DNA of 64,000 nucleotides, from contig CAVSZB010000003.1 in the NCBI GenBank assembly GCA_963732385.1, positions 160,001 to 224,000 on the forward strand. The letters are read 5' to 3'. Of the stretch, positions 30,201-39,500 are shown in pieces. The notes under the pieces were generated by a model. That model saw only the letters and a program-made list of their open reading frames with translations. It did no database searches and had not been told where the DNA came from. Source of the DNA: an uncultured bacterium (lineage in GTDB: Bacteria > Krumholzibacteriota > Krumholzibacteriia > LZORAL124-64-63). Each line of letters begins with the position of its first letter. The stretch's first letter is position 1. A program made the position numbers and the translations under genes.

Positions 30201-30396
30201 CCATGATATAAACTGTATCGGCCGCAGCCTTGCCGCTGCTTATGGGCCCGCCAGAAAGTATGCTGGTGTCGGCGCCCCTGGCGTCAAATATGTGACGCTG
30301 GGCCTGTTGACTGTCATCCCTGGAAGAATCGTCAGCGATAGCGAGGCTGGCGAAGAGCGCCAGAGACAGACATACGGTAAATGTGAGTCTCTTCAT
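27265..30396 (-). CDS. Large secreted protein with FlgD-Ig/T9SS-like CTD, paralogue 1 of 3 (function unknown; possible surface-layer protein)
   Basis: Signal peptide MKRLTFTVCLSLALFASLAIA; ~1040 aa; CTD 'NFPNPFNPSTKIEF...WDGRN...SGVYFY...KMTLVK'. Confidence 0.85.
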   Translation of the reverse strand: MKRLTFTVCLSLALFASLAIADDSSRDDSQQAQRHIFDARGADTSILSGGPISSGKAAADTVYIMGGPARLDGKFQTALGVADDQGWTGKDYTNMTAIWHISDYNCANLDPLGAANLAMWCGEVFSGSCSPEDPLEGYDNNYNLWLDWYGQVVDNTVPTDVTVRAIFNSNSEKRYDYLILQVEKLGVMEQAKPTSAWDGVNVAVAVAVAFTVEPDSYVGDLNNEIHLRWLGFSDGGWSDGDCFWPSNGLAQLDNIEVLFGKLHAEVRQTYDTFQPGDPVHWVNVKPPYVGEFHKVWPLLGDADECNTNSTPQMAFIDDGIVVPGTGGTQCTTWNYGPGGWGVTTTGGLAGDTYAINNNVWSPVMEWPGGADGGYDGANYTWDNYTHLPLSNGIFYFFGIRTSMDGGLTWPGGWKDFNTVYYGGGLASYGRFPYATPVTALLNAGRNAVQISLGVNETWPDDYLGNDNTPAPYFDNVMLCAFPFYGPTITVLGAWDLFNDGWPENPEIDYADLTKNSVRVDIAQNIDTLESDIGDSVVVTVKAVRNGAVLTGRPTMHVKMKMNPLFDSTCRTAIPAGFTQDGNYLYGTVVGDTVWNTSVPPVRLPNLYQFDLPDTGFFFPGDSFHYYFRAEDSVGGVPGVTHMPRDTTGFAYFPGDLHYDSYRYYELYKIDALPTLITAEKDVGQPHLLFWDDSQDRANQDEWFAALDNLGFRQGIDYDIYCNAGPSSGLGNGLGGRTNALQMSGYNTLLYTPGNLGSITLSNGDIKKADSGNDIYVVDSWLQQGGKNFFATGDNIIQDLSASGVNAVAFRDKWFGVTYNNFYLAPLIGGQLTPHVSPITVADAPVLTKPYMVQGGCEGGINDFDAITVVAPAVRIAQFTSPTGALGVYPYAAAVYNNVTANTARVVFMPYDLSYIWNGAPTGGLPVRTQILQDVLAFFGHLPGGAAVGVTPEAVFTARNFPNPFNPSTKIEFTLPAKSQVELKIYNVRGELVKTLLNENMDATTHSVIWDGRNSTGQSVSSGVYFYSLKAGSYEKMEKMTLVK

Positions 30397-30897
30397 GTTT
30401 TCCCCCAAACGTTGATCAAATCAACGCAATCAAGGTTGCGCACACGTCACCGGCCGCCACTCACTCAGCCGGGCGCAATTCAAGGGAGGCCAAAGTTCAT
30501 TCCCGCACAGTTGCGCGGCGCAAAGCCGGGCGAGAAATGAAGCTTACCTCCTTCGAATTGGAACGTGGGCGTATGGAACTTAGCAACAGTACCGAATGTC
30601 AAGTGCGCGGACGGCTGAGAGAGTGGAACCCAAAGACAGCGCGCATTGCACGAACTTTTGCCCATGAGCCACTACATGAGTCACAAAGGTGAGATTGGCC
30701 TCCTTTTCGTTTTGTGTGTTTGGTGCGGTCGCAAAAGCATCCTTCTCCAAACCCTCCCTAACCTCAATGCCAGGCCAAGACCGGAATGGTCCAGACAGCA
30801 GCGCGGCACTGACGATAGGCCCAGCAGCAGGTCGGCGAGGATGGTATTGCAGAGTCTTCCCGTCGGGCTTTGCCCGCGGGAATCAGCGAGGATCCTC

Positions 30898-30927
30898 AGA
30901 TTACCAGATTGCCCTTCCCTCTGTCAA
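30898..30927 (-). promoter_or_regulatory. sigma70-like promoter in the conserved upstream spacer of paralogue 1
   Basis: TTGACA-N18-TAATCT with extended -10 TG; equivalents at 36345-36373 and 40300-40329. Confidence 0.55.
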
Positions 30928-31047
30928 CGGTCCCCTGCATGGAAGTGGGGAATAACTTCACTGCTTATTATTAAACTTGCCGTTTCGCCATATATAAGAA
31001 CCTTTTAGGTTTGGCATTGTCTCGAGTTGTGAAATCCCCGGATCGGG

Positions 31048-31112
31048 CGCACCAACAGAAGCGGCCCCCCCGTGCGGGGGGGCCGCTCCCTTCAGACTCG
31101 GCCGTGAAGCAA
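31048..31112. repeat. ~65-bp direct repeat copy 2 (terminator of paralogue 2, now separated from it by the IS)
   Basis: Matches copy 1; hairpin 31060-31087. Confidence 0.9.
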
Positions 31113-31220
31113 CCGGATTAGACATAATGGAACGGCTGGGCCCCTCGGGTATCGTGTGTTAGTCCGCACGGACCAGGGACACTAGGGAGCCGAAACTCCC
31201 GCTCACGAAAGGACCCAGCC

Positions 31221-32336
31221 ATGACACACGATAGCACAGCGACCGTTTGGGTGGGCATGGATGTTCACCAGGAGTCCATCACCGCGGCGATCCTCTTTGG
31301 AGACAAGGACATCCCGGAGATTGTCCGGTTGCCAGGGGACCTCAACGCGGTTCGCCGGCTCTTCCGCCGCTTGACCAAGCAGGGCTCCCCGCGGGCATGC
31401 TACGAGGCCTCGGGTGCAGGCTACGTCCTGCAGCGGGCCCTGGACCACGATGGGTTCCAGTGCGAGGTGATCGCCCCGAGTCTGATCCCCCGCTGCCCGG
31501 GCGATCACCGCAAGACCGATCGCCTGGATGCCGTGCGCTTGGCGCGCATGTATCGCAGCGGCCATCTGCGGGCGGTGACGATACCAGATGAGGAGCAAGA
31601 GGCGGTACGCCAGCTCGTGCGATGCCGACTGTCGCTGCAGCGTCAGATCGTGCGCAGCAAGCATCGGATCGTCCGGGTGCTGGCTACCCACGGACATCGT
31701 TTCACCGGGACCAAAAGCAATTGGACGAAGCAGCATCGCGCCTGGCTGGCCACGTTGCGCCGCGAGATGACGGGCCCGCTGCAGACGGTCCTGGCCTACG
31801 ACCTCGACCACCTGGAGTACCTCGAGTCTCAGCAGCGGTCGCTCGACGCCGAGATCGAGCAGTGGTCCTGTCGCGAGCCCTGGCGGGCGACCGTCGAGGC
31901 GCTGCAGTGCTTCCGCGGCATCAAGACCCTGACGGCGATGACGTTGGTCACCGAGATCGGAGACATCCGTCGCTTCAGTCACCCGGACCGGCTGATGGGG
32001 TACACGGGGTTGGTGTCAAAGGAGCACTCCAGCGGCGAGCAACAACATCGTGGTTCGATCACCAAGGCGGGCAACACATTCCTAAGACGGATCCTAGTCG
32101 AAGCCGCTTGGCACTACCAGTACAGGGTAGGCTCGACCTTGATCCTCGATCGCCGCCGGATGGGTCAGGATCCTGAAATGGTCGCGATCGCCGTGAAGGC
32201 CCAGCATCGACTCGGCAGGCGATTCCATCACCTGGAGAAGACGAAGCATCGCAACAAGGTCGCCGTCGCGGTGGCCCGTGAACTGAGTGGATTCGTGTGG
32301 GCCGCGATGTGGGTCGCAGCCACGAAGCAACACTAG
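31221..32336 (+). CDS. IS110 family transposase/recombinase (DEDD RuvC-like + Tnp20 domain)
   Basis: 'VGMDVH', 'YEAS', 'KTDRLDA' DEDD residues; 'GIKTLTAMTLVTEIGD', 'HSSG', 'GSITKAGN', 'AVARE'. Confidence 0.95.
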   Translation: MTHDSTATVWVGMDVHQESITAAILFGDKDIPEIVRLPGDLNAVRRLFRRLTKQGSPRACYEASGAGYVLQRALDHDGFQCEVIAPSLIPRCPGDHRKTDRLDAVRLARMYRSGHLRAVTIPDEEQEAVRQLVRCRLSLQRQIVRSKHRIVRVLATHGHRFTGTKSNWTKQHRAWLATLRREMTGPLQTVLAYDLDHLEYLESQQRSLDAEIEQWSCREPWRATVEALQCFRGIKTLTAMTLVTEIGDIRRFSHPDRLMGYTGLVSKEHSSGEQQHRGSITKAGNTFLRRILVEAAWHYQYRVGSTLILDRRRMGQDPEMVAIAVKAQHRLGRRFHHLEKTKHRNKVAVAVARELSGFVWAAMWVAATKQH

Positions 32337-32346
32337 GACGCTGAGT

Positions 32347-32507
32347 GGAGCAGGGACCGGTCAGGGGAATCCTCGTTTGAAGTATGCGGCAGGCCATGAG
32401 CTGGACCCGCGGTGTTAGACGGAGGTCACCCCGAGACGGACAGAATTGTGTGCGGTAACCAACCCGCGGATATCAGTCTGATCAACCGTCGTTGCAGTCC
32501 CTGCTCC
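32347..32507 (+). ncRNA. Putative bridge/seekRNA of the IS1111-type element
   Basis: 11-bp enclosing stem GGAGCAGGGAC/GTCCCTGCTCC; two TGCGG...CCGCG stem modules with internal loops matching the target (TGAAGTA) and the predicted circle junction (ATATCAG). Confidence 0.7.
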
Positions 32508-32526
32508 CAACAACCAGGCGTAAGAA

Positions 32527-32550
32527 GGGCCCCGGCTGTCGCCGGGGCCC
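32527..32550 (-). terminator. IS-borne hairpin oriented to stop transcription entering from the right flank
   Basis: GGGCCCCGGC-TGTC-GCCGGGGCCC, followed by TTCTTA on the minus strand. Confidence 0.6.
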
Positions 32551-32591
32551 CCGAGGAGCGCACTAATCAACGTTTGACTAGCCGTTCCATA

Positions 32592-35500
32592 TCACTTCAC
32601 CAGCGTCATCTTCTCCGTCTTCTCGTAGCTGCCGGCCTTCAGGCTGTAGAAGTACACGCCCGAGGAGACCGACTGACCGGTGGAGTTGCGGCCGTCCCAG
32701 ATCACGGAGTGCGTCGTCGCATCCATGTTCTCGTTCAGCAGCGTCTTCACCAGTTCACCGCGCACGTTGTAGATCTTCAGCTCAACCTGGCTCTTGGCCG
32801 GCAGGGTGAACTCGATTTTCGTGCTCGGGTTGAAAGGATTCGGGAAGTTCCTGGCCGTGAACACTGCCGCGGGCGTCACGCCCACTGCAGCCCCGCTAGG
32901 CAACTTGCCGAAGAAGGCCAGAACGTCCATAAGGATCTGGGTACGGACCGCGATCCCGCCGGTCGGGGCCCCGTCCCAGATGATGCTCAGGTCGCAGGGC
33001 ATGAAAACGACGCGAGCCGTGTTGTCTGTGACGTTGTTGTAGACCGCCGCCGCGTACGGGTAGGCCCCGAGGGCGCCGGTCGGGCTGGTGAACTGGGCAA
33101 TCCGGACCGCCGGAGCGAGCGCGGTGACGGCGTCAAAGTCACTGATGAAGTTTGCACAGCCACCCTGCACCAGGTAGGACTTGGTCAGCACCGGCGCGTC
33201 CGCCACGGTGATCGGGCTCACGTGTGGCGTCAGCTGGCCACCAATAAGCGGCGCGAGGTTGAAGCCGTTGTATGCGACCTTGAACCACTTGTCTCTGAAC
33301 AGGACCGCGTTGACGCCGGAGCGTGACAGATCCTGGATGAGGTTATCTCCGGTGGCAAAGAAGTTCTTGCCGCCCTGATTCAGCCAGGCATCCAGACAGG
33401 CGATATCGTTGCCGGGATCGCCTTTTGTGGTGCTGGATATCGTATACGCGTCCAGGCTTCCTGAAGTGTAAAGCAACGTGTTGTAACCGGACATTTGCAG
33501 CGCGTTCGTCCGGCCGCCGAGGCCGTTGCCCAGGCCGGAGGACGGGCCGGCATTGCAGTAAATGTCATAGTCGATGCCCTGGCGGAAGCCGAGATTGTCC
33601 AGGGAAGAGAACCATTCATTCTGGTTGCTGCGGTCCTGGGAATCGTCCCAGAACAGCACTTCGGGCTGGACAAAGGTCGTATCACCCTTGTCCGGTGATA
33701 TCGTCATCGACATCGTCGGCAGAGCGTCAATCTTCCAGAGTTCATAATAGCAGTACGAGTCGTAGTGCAGGTCGCCCGGGAAATAGGAGAAGCCGGTGGT
33801 ATCTGTCGGCATGATCGTGACACCCTCAACCCCGCCCACGATGTCCGAGGCTCTGAAATAGTAGTGGAAACTGTCGCCGGGGAAGAAGAACCCGGTGTCG
33901 GGCAGGTCGAACTGGAAGAGGTTCGGCAGGCGAACCGGCGGAATGGACTCATTCCAGACCGTGTCGCCCAGCACGGTACCGTAGAGATAGGGACCGTCCT
34001 GGGTAAAGCCGGCCGGAATGGCCGTGCGGTAGGCGTCGAACAGGGGATTCATCTTCATCTTGACGTGCATGGTGGGCTGACCGGTAAGCACGGCGCCGTT
34101 GCGGACCGCCTTGACTGTCACGACGACAGAGTCGCCCGGAGTGTTGAGCACGTCGTCGGTGTTCCCGGCGATATCCACGCGCACCCAGTTCTGGGCCAGA
34201 TCCGTATAGTTGATTTCGGCATTTTCGGGCCAGCCGTCGTTGAACATGTTCCAATCACCATTGAACATGATCGCGGGCCCGCCGAAGGGGAAGGTGAGCA
34301 GCCTCACGTTGTCGAAATACGGTGCCGGCGTGTTGTCGTTGTTGGTATATTTATCGAGCCACGGCTCAGTTACGCCCAGCAGGATTTGGACCTTGTCGCG
34401 GCCGGAGTTCAGCAGGGAGGTCACTGCCTCGCCGTGCACGTAGTACTCGGCCAGAAGGCCGCCGTACCAGACGGTATTGAAATCCTTCCAGCCGCCGGGC
34501 CAGGTGAGACCGCCGTCCTTGGAGGTGCGGATGCCCCAGAAGTAGAAGATGCCGTTTTCGATCGGAAGGTGGGCGTAATTGTCCCACATTAAATAGCAGC
34601 CGTCGAAGCCTCCATCAGCGCCCCCGGGCCAATCCATAGGAGGTGACCAGACGCTGTTGTTGATCCCGTAAAGATCGCCGGCGAGACCACCGGTTGTCGT
34701 CACGCCCCAGCCACCGGGGCCGTAGTTCCAGGTCGTGCATTGAGTGCCGCCCGTCCCGGGGACCACAATGCCGTCGTCGATGAACGCCATTTGCGGCGTG
34801 TTGTTGCTGGCGCACACGTCGGCGTCCCCCAGCAACGGCCACACCTTGTGGAAATCTCCGACATACGGCGGTTTGACGTTGACCCAGTGCACCGGATCGC
34901 CGGGCTGGAAAGTATCATAAGTCTGCCGCACCTCAGCGTGCAGCTTGCCGAACAGCACCTCGATGTTGTCGAGCTGCGCGAGGCCATCGCTGGGCCAATA
35001 GCAGTCGTCGTCGGACCAGGCGCCGTCGGAATAACCGAGCCAGCGCAGGTGGATCTCGTTGTTGAGGTCCCCGACGTAGCAGTCCGGTTCTACGGTGAAG
35101 GCCACTTCCACAGCCACGGCGACATTCACGCCGTCCCAGGCGCTCGTCTTGCCCGCCTGTTCCATAACGCCGAGCTTCTCGACCTGGAGAATCAGATAGT
35201 CGTAGCGCTTCTCGGAATTGGAGTTGAAAATCGCTCTTACGGTGACGTCCGTGGCCACGGTATTGCTCGCGACCTGGCCGTACCAATCGAGCCAAAGGTT
35301 GTAGCCGTTAGCGTAGCCTTCGACCGGGTCCTCTTCGGTGCAGCTCGCTGCAAAAGTCTCGCCGCACCACATGGCGAGGTTGGCGGCGCCGAGGGGATCC
35401 AGGTTCGCGCAATTGTAGTCGGAGATGTGCCAAAAGGCCGTCATGTTCGTGATGTCCTTGCCGGTCCATCCCTGATCGTCCGGCACCAATGCCTTGGTTG

Positions 35501-35732
35501 AAGTCTGGAACTTGCCGTCCAGCCGGTCCGGGCCGCCCATAATATAAACTGTATCGGCCGCGGCTTTGCCGCTGCTCACGGGCCCGCCAGTAAGCGCGCT
35601 GTTGATGGCGCCCCTGGCGTTAAACGGGTAAAGCCGGCCCTGTCCGCTGTCATCCCTGGAAGAATCGCCAGCGATCGCGAGGCTGGCGAAGAGCGCCAGA
35701 GACAGACATACGGAAAATGTGAGTCTCCTCAT
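32592..35732 (-). CDS. Large secreted FlgD-Ig/T9SS-like CTD protein, paralogue 2 of 3
   Basis: 1046 aa, colinear with paralogues 1 and 3; TGA stop lies at the IS junction. Confidence 0.85.
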   Translation of the reverse strand: MRRLTFSVCLSLALFASLAIAGDSSRDDSGQGRLYPFNARGAINSALTGGPVSSGKAAADTVYIMGGPDRLDGKFQTSTKALVPDDQGWTGKDITNMTAFWHISDYNCANLDPLGAANLAMWCGETFAASCTEEDPVEGYANGYNLWLDWYGQVASNTVATDVTVRAIFNSNSEKRYDYLILQVEKLGVMEQAGKTSAWDGVNVAVAVEVAFTVEPDCYVGDLNNEIHLRWLGYSDGAWSDDDCYWPSDGLAQLDNIEVLFGKLHAEVRQTYDTFQPGDPVHWVNVKPPYVGDFHKVWPLLGDADVCASNNTPQMAFIDDGIVVPGTGGTQCTTWNYGPGGWGVTTTGGLAGDLYGINNSVWSPPMDWPGGADGGFDGCYLMWDNYAHLPIENGIFYFWGIRTSKDGGLTWPGGWKDFNTVWYGGLLAEYYVHGEAVTSLLNSGRDKVQILLGVTEPWLDKYTNNDNTPAPYFDNVRLLTFPFGGPAIMFNGDWNMFNDGWPENAEINYTDLAQNWVRVDIAGNTDDVLNTPGDSVVVTVKAVRNGAVLTGQPTMHVKMKMNPLFDAYRTAIPAGFTQDGPYLYGTVLGDTVWNESIPPVRLPNLFQFDLPDTGFFFPGDSFHYYFRASDIVGGVEGVTIMPTDTTGFSYFPGDLHYDSYCYYELWKIDALPTMSMTISPDKGDTTFVQPEVLFWDDSQDRSNQNEWFSSLDNLGFRQGIDYDIYCNAGPSSGLGNGLGGRTNALQMSGYNTLLYTSGSLDAYTISSTTKGDPGNDIACLDAWLNQGGKNFFATGDNLIQDLSRSGVNAVLFRDKWFKVAYNGFNLAPLIGGQLTPHVSPITVADAPVLTKSYLVQGGCANFISDFDAVTALAPAVRIAQFTSPTGALGAYPYAAAVYNNVTDNTARVVFMPCDLSIIWDGAPTGGIAVRTQILMDVLAFFGKLPSGAAVGVTPAAVFTARNFPNPFNPSTKIEFTLPAKSQVELKIYNVRGELVKTLLNENMDATTHSVIWDGRNSTGQSVSSGVYFYSLKAGSYEKTEKMTLVK

Positions 35733-36492
35733 GTTTTCCCCCTAACGTTGATCCAATCAACGCAATCAAGGTTGCGCACACGTCACCGGCGGCCACTCAC
35801 TAACTCAGCCGGGAGCAAATCAAGGGAGGCCAAAGTTCATTCCCGCACAGTTTCGCGGCGCAAAGCCGGGCGAGAAATGAAGCTTACCTCCTTCGAATTG
35901 GAACGTGGGCGTATGGAACTTAGCTACAGTACCGAATGTCAAGTGCGCGGACGACTGAGAGAGTGGAACCCAGGGACAGCGCGCATTGCACGAACTTTTG
36001 CCCATGAGCCACTACATGAGACACAAAGGTGAGATTGGCCTCCTCTGTATATTTGGTGGGGAATGATGCAATTTGGAGCAACAGCAGCAGAAAGGGCTTG
36101 GGCGGGGGCATATCGACCCGAGCCATCGACCACGGCTTCGCCAGTCCTAAAGCCACATCGTCGAACCGCTCGGTCGCAAACACATCCATCTCCAGGCCCC
36201 TCTCTAAGCCTCAATGCCAGGCCAAGACCGGAATGGTCCAAACAGCGGCGCAGCACTGACGATAGGCTCAGCAGCAGGGCGGCGAGGATGGTATTGCAGA
36301 GACTTCCTGCCGGACTCTTCCCACGGGAAGCAGCGAGGAACATGAGGTTACCAAATTGCCGCCTCTCTGTCAACGGTCCCTGCATGGAGGTGAAGAACAA
36401 TCTCACCGTCTGTTATTAAATTTACCCTTTCGCCATATATGCAAACCTCTTAGGTTGGGCATTGTCGCTGTTTGTGAAATCCCCGGATCGGG

Positions 36493-36556
36493 CGCACCAA
36501 CAGAAGCGGCCCCCCGTGCGGGGGGGCCGCTCCCTTGAGACTCGGCCGTGAAGCAA
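36493..36556. repeat. ~65-bp direct repeat copy 3 (terminator of paralogue 3)
   Basis: Near-identical to copy 1 (one C fewer in the run; TTGAGA instead of TTCAGA). Confidence 0.9.
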
Positions 36557-36561
36557 CCGGA

Positions 36562-39500
36562 TCACTTCACCAGCGTCATCTTCTCCATCTTCTCGTAGCT
36601 GCCGGCCTTCAGGCTGTAGAAGTACACGCCCGAGGAGACCGACTGACCGGTGGAGTTGCGGCCGTCCCAGATCACGGAGTGCGTCGTCGCATCCATGTTC
36701 TCGTTCAGCAGCGTCTTCACCAGTTCACCGCGCACGTTGTAGATCTTCAGCTCAACCTGGCTCTTGGCCGGCAGGGTGAACTCGATTTTCGTGCTCGGGT
36801 TGAAAGGATTCGGGAAGTTCCTGGCCGTGAACACTGCCTCGGGCGTCACGCCCACTGCAGCCCCGCCAGGCAAATTGCCGAAGAAGGCCAGAACGTCCAT
36901 AAGGATCTGGGTACGGACCGCGATCCCGCCGGTCGGGGCGCCGTCCCAGATATTGCTCAGGTCGTAGGGCATGAAAACGACGCGAGCCGTGTTTTCTGTG
37001 ACGTTGTTGTAGACCGCCGCCGCGTACGGGTAGGCCCCGAGGGCGCCGGTCGGGCTGGTGAACTGGGCAATCCGGACCGCCGGAGCAAGCGCGGTGACGG
37101 CGTCAAAGTCACTGATGTAGTTTGCACAGCCACCCTGCACCAGGTAGGACTTGGTAAGCACAGGCGCGCCCGCGACGGTGATCGGGCTCACGTGCGGTGC
37201 AACCTGGCCGCCGATGAGCGGCGCGAGGTTGAAGCCGTTGTATGCGACCTTGAACCACTTGTCTCTGAACAGGACCGCATTGACGCCGGAGCGTGAGATG
37301 TCCTGGATGAGGTTATCTCCGGTGGCAAAGAAGTTCTTGCCGCCCTGATTCAGCCAGGCATCCAGACAGGCGATATCGTTGCCGGGATCGCCTTTTGTGG
37401 TGCTGGATATCGTATACGCGTCCAGGCTTCCTGAAGTGTAAAGCAGCGTGTTGTAACCGGACATTTTCAGCGCGTTCGTCCGGCCGCCGAGGCCGTTGCC
37501 CAGGCCGGAGGACGGGCCGGCATTGGCGTAAATGTCATAGTCGATGCCCTGGCGGAAGCCGAGATTGTCCAGGGAAGAGAACCATTCATTCTGGTTGCCG
37601 CGGTCCGCGGAATCGTCCCAGAACAGCAGGTGAGGCTGCCCAACGTCCTTCACCGCCGTGATCATCGTCGGCAGAGCGTCGACCTTCCAGACTTCATAAT
37701 AGCGGTACGAGTCGTAGTGCAGATCGCCAGGGAAATAGGAGAAACCGGTGGAATCCCTGGGCATTTGCGAGACACCGACAACCCCGCCCACGGTGTCCTC
37801 GGCTCTGATGTAGTAGTGGAAACTGTCGCCGGGGAAGAAGAACCCGGTGTCGGGCAGGTCGAACTGGAAGAGGTTCGGCAGGCGAACCGGCGGGATGGAC
37901 TCATTCCAGACCGTGTCGCCCAGCACGGTACCGTAGAGATAGGGACCGTCCTGGGTAAAGCCGGCCGGAATGGCCGTGCGGTAGGCGTCGAACAGGGGAT
38001 TCATCTTCATCTTGACGTGCATGGTGGGCGGACCGGTAAGCACGGCGCCGTTGCGGACCGCCTTGACTGTCACGACGACAGAGTCGCCCGGAGTGTTGGC
38101 AACGTCGTCGGTGTTCCCGGCGATGTCCACGCGCACCCAGTTCTGGGCCAGATCCGTATAGTTGATTTCGGCATTTTCGGGCCAGCCGTCGTTGAACAAG
38201 GCCCACTCACCCGTCACCGACAGCGCGGGCCCCCCGAAGGGGTAAACGGCCAGCGCCACGTTGTCGAAGTACGGCGACGGCGTGTTATCGTTGCTGAGAT
38301 ATTTATCGAGCCAGGGCTCAGTCACGCCCAACGAGAGCTGGACCGCGTTGCGGCCGGAGTTCAGCAGGGAGGTCACTCCATACCAGTCGCGGTAGTACTC
38401 ACCCAGGACGCCGCCGTAGATCACGGTATTGAAATCCTTCCAGCCTCCGGGCCAGGTGATGCCGCCGTCTTTGGAAGTGCGGATGCCCCAGAAGTAGAAG
38501 ATCCCGTTATCGATCGGGAGGTGGTTGTAAACGTCCCACAGGAAAGTGGCGCCGTCGTAGCCCCCATCAGCGCCCCCGGGCCAGGCCATTACGGGGGAAA
38601 TGACGCTGTTGTTGATCCCGTAAAGATCGCCGGCGAGACCACCGGTTGTCGTCACGCCCCAGCCACCGGGGCCGTAGTTCCAGGTCGTGCATTGAGTGCC
38701 GCCCGTCCCGGGGACCACAATGCCGTCGTCGATGAACGCCATTTGCGGCGTGTTGTTGCTAAGACACACGTCGGCGTCCCCCAGCAACGGCCACACCTTG
38801 TGGAATTCGCCGACATACGGCGGTTTGACGTTGACCCAGTGCACCGGATCGCCGGGCTGGAAAGTATCATAAGTCTGCCGCACCTCAGCGTGCAGCTTGC
38901 CGAAGAGCACCTCGATGTTGTCGAGCTGCGCGAGGCCATCGCTGGGCCAATAGCAGTCGCCGTCGGACCAGCCGGTGTCGGAATAACCGAGCCAGCGCAG
39001 GTGGATCTCGTTGTTGAGATCCCCGACGTAGCTGTCCGGTTCTACGGTGAAGGCCACTTCCACAGCCACGGCGACATTCACGCCGTCCCAGGCGCTCGTC
39101 TTGCCCGCCTGTTCCATAACGCCGAGCTTCTCGACCTGGAGAATCAGATAGTCGTAGCGCTTCTCGGAATTGGAGTTGAAAATCGCTCTTACGGTGACGT
39201 CCGTGGCCACGGTATTGCTCGCGACCTGGCCGTACCAATCGAGCCAAAGGTTATAGTTGTTATCGTAGCCTTCGACCGGATCCACTTCACTGCAGGATCC
39301 GGAGAAAACCTCGCCGCACCACATGGCGAGGTTGGCGGCGCCGAGGGGATCCAGGTTCGCGCAATTGTAGTCGGAGATGTGCCAGGTTGCCGTCATGTTC
39401 GTGTCGTCATTGCCGGTCCATCCCTGATCGTCAGGCACCAATGCCTTGGTCGAAGACTCGAACTTTCCGTCCAGCCGGTTCGGTCCGCCCATGATATAAA

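Larger units (their letters stand above)
31120..32593 (+). mobile_element. IS110-family insertion sequence, IS1111 subgroup (~1.47 kb)
   Basis: Subterminal inverted repeats ATGGAACGGCT (31127-31137) / AGCCGTTCCAT (32580-32590), 7 and 3 nt inside the ends; removing the element restores ACCGGATTACTTCACC, identical to the empty site at 27259-27274; no target duplication; long 3' non-coding region. Confidence 0.92.

Noticed and set aside
30572..30605. Proximal promoter TTGACA...TAAGTT on the minus strand of the array leaders
   Set aside because: The spacer is only 14 nt and copy 3 has an 8-bp duplication and an altered -10; not reported as a feature.
30646..31008. ~120-aa plus-strand ORF recurring in all three spacers (also 36063-36419, 40033-40410)
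   Set aside because: Starts, stops and N-termini differ between copies, no RBS is evident and composition is not protein-like; recurrence is explained by nucleotide duplication.
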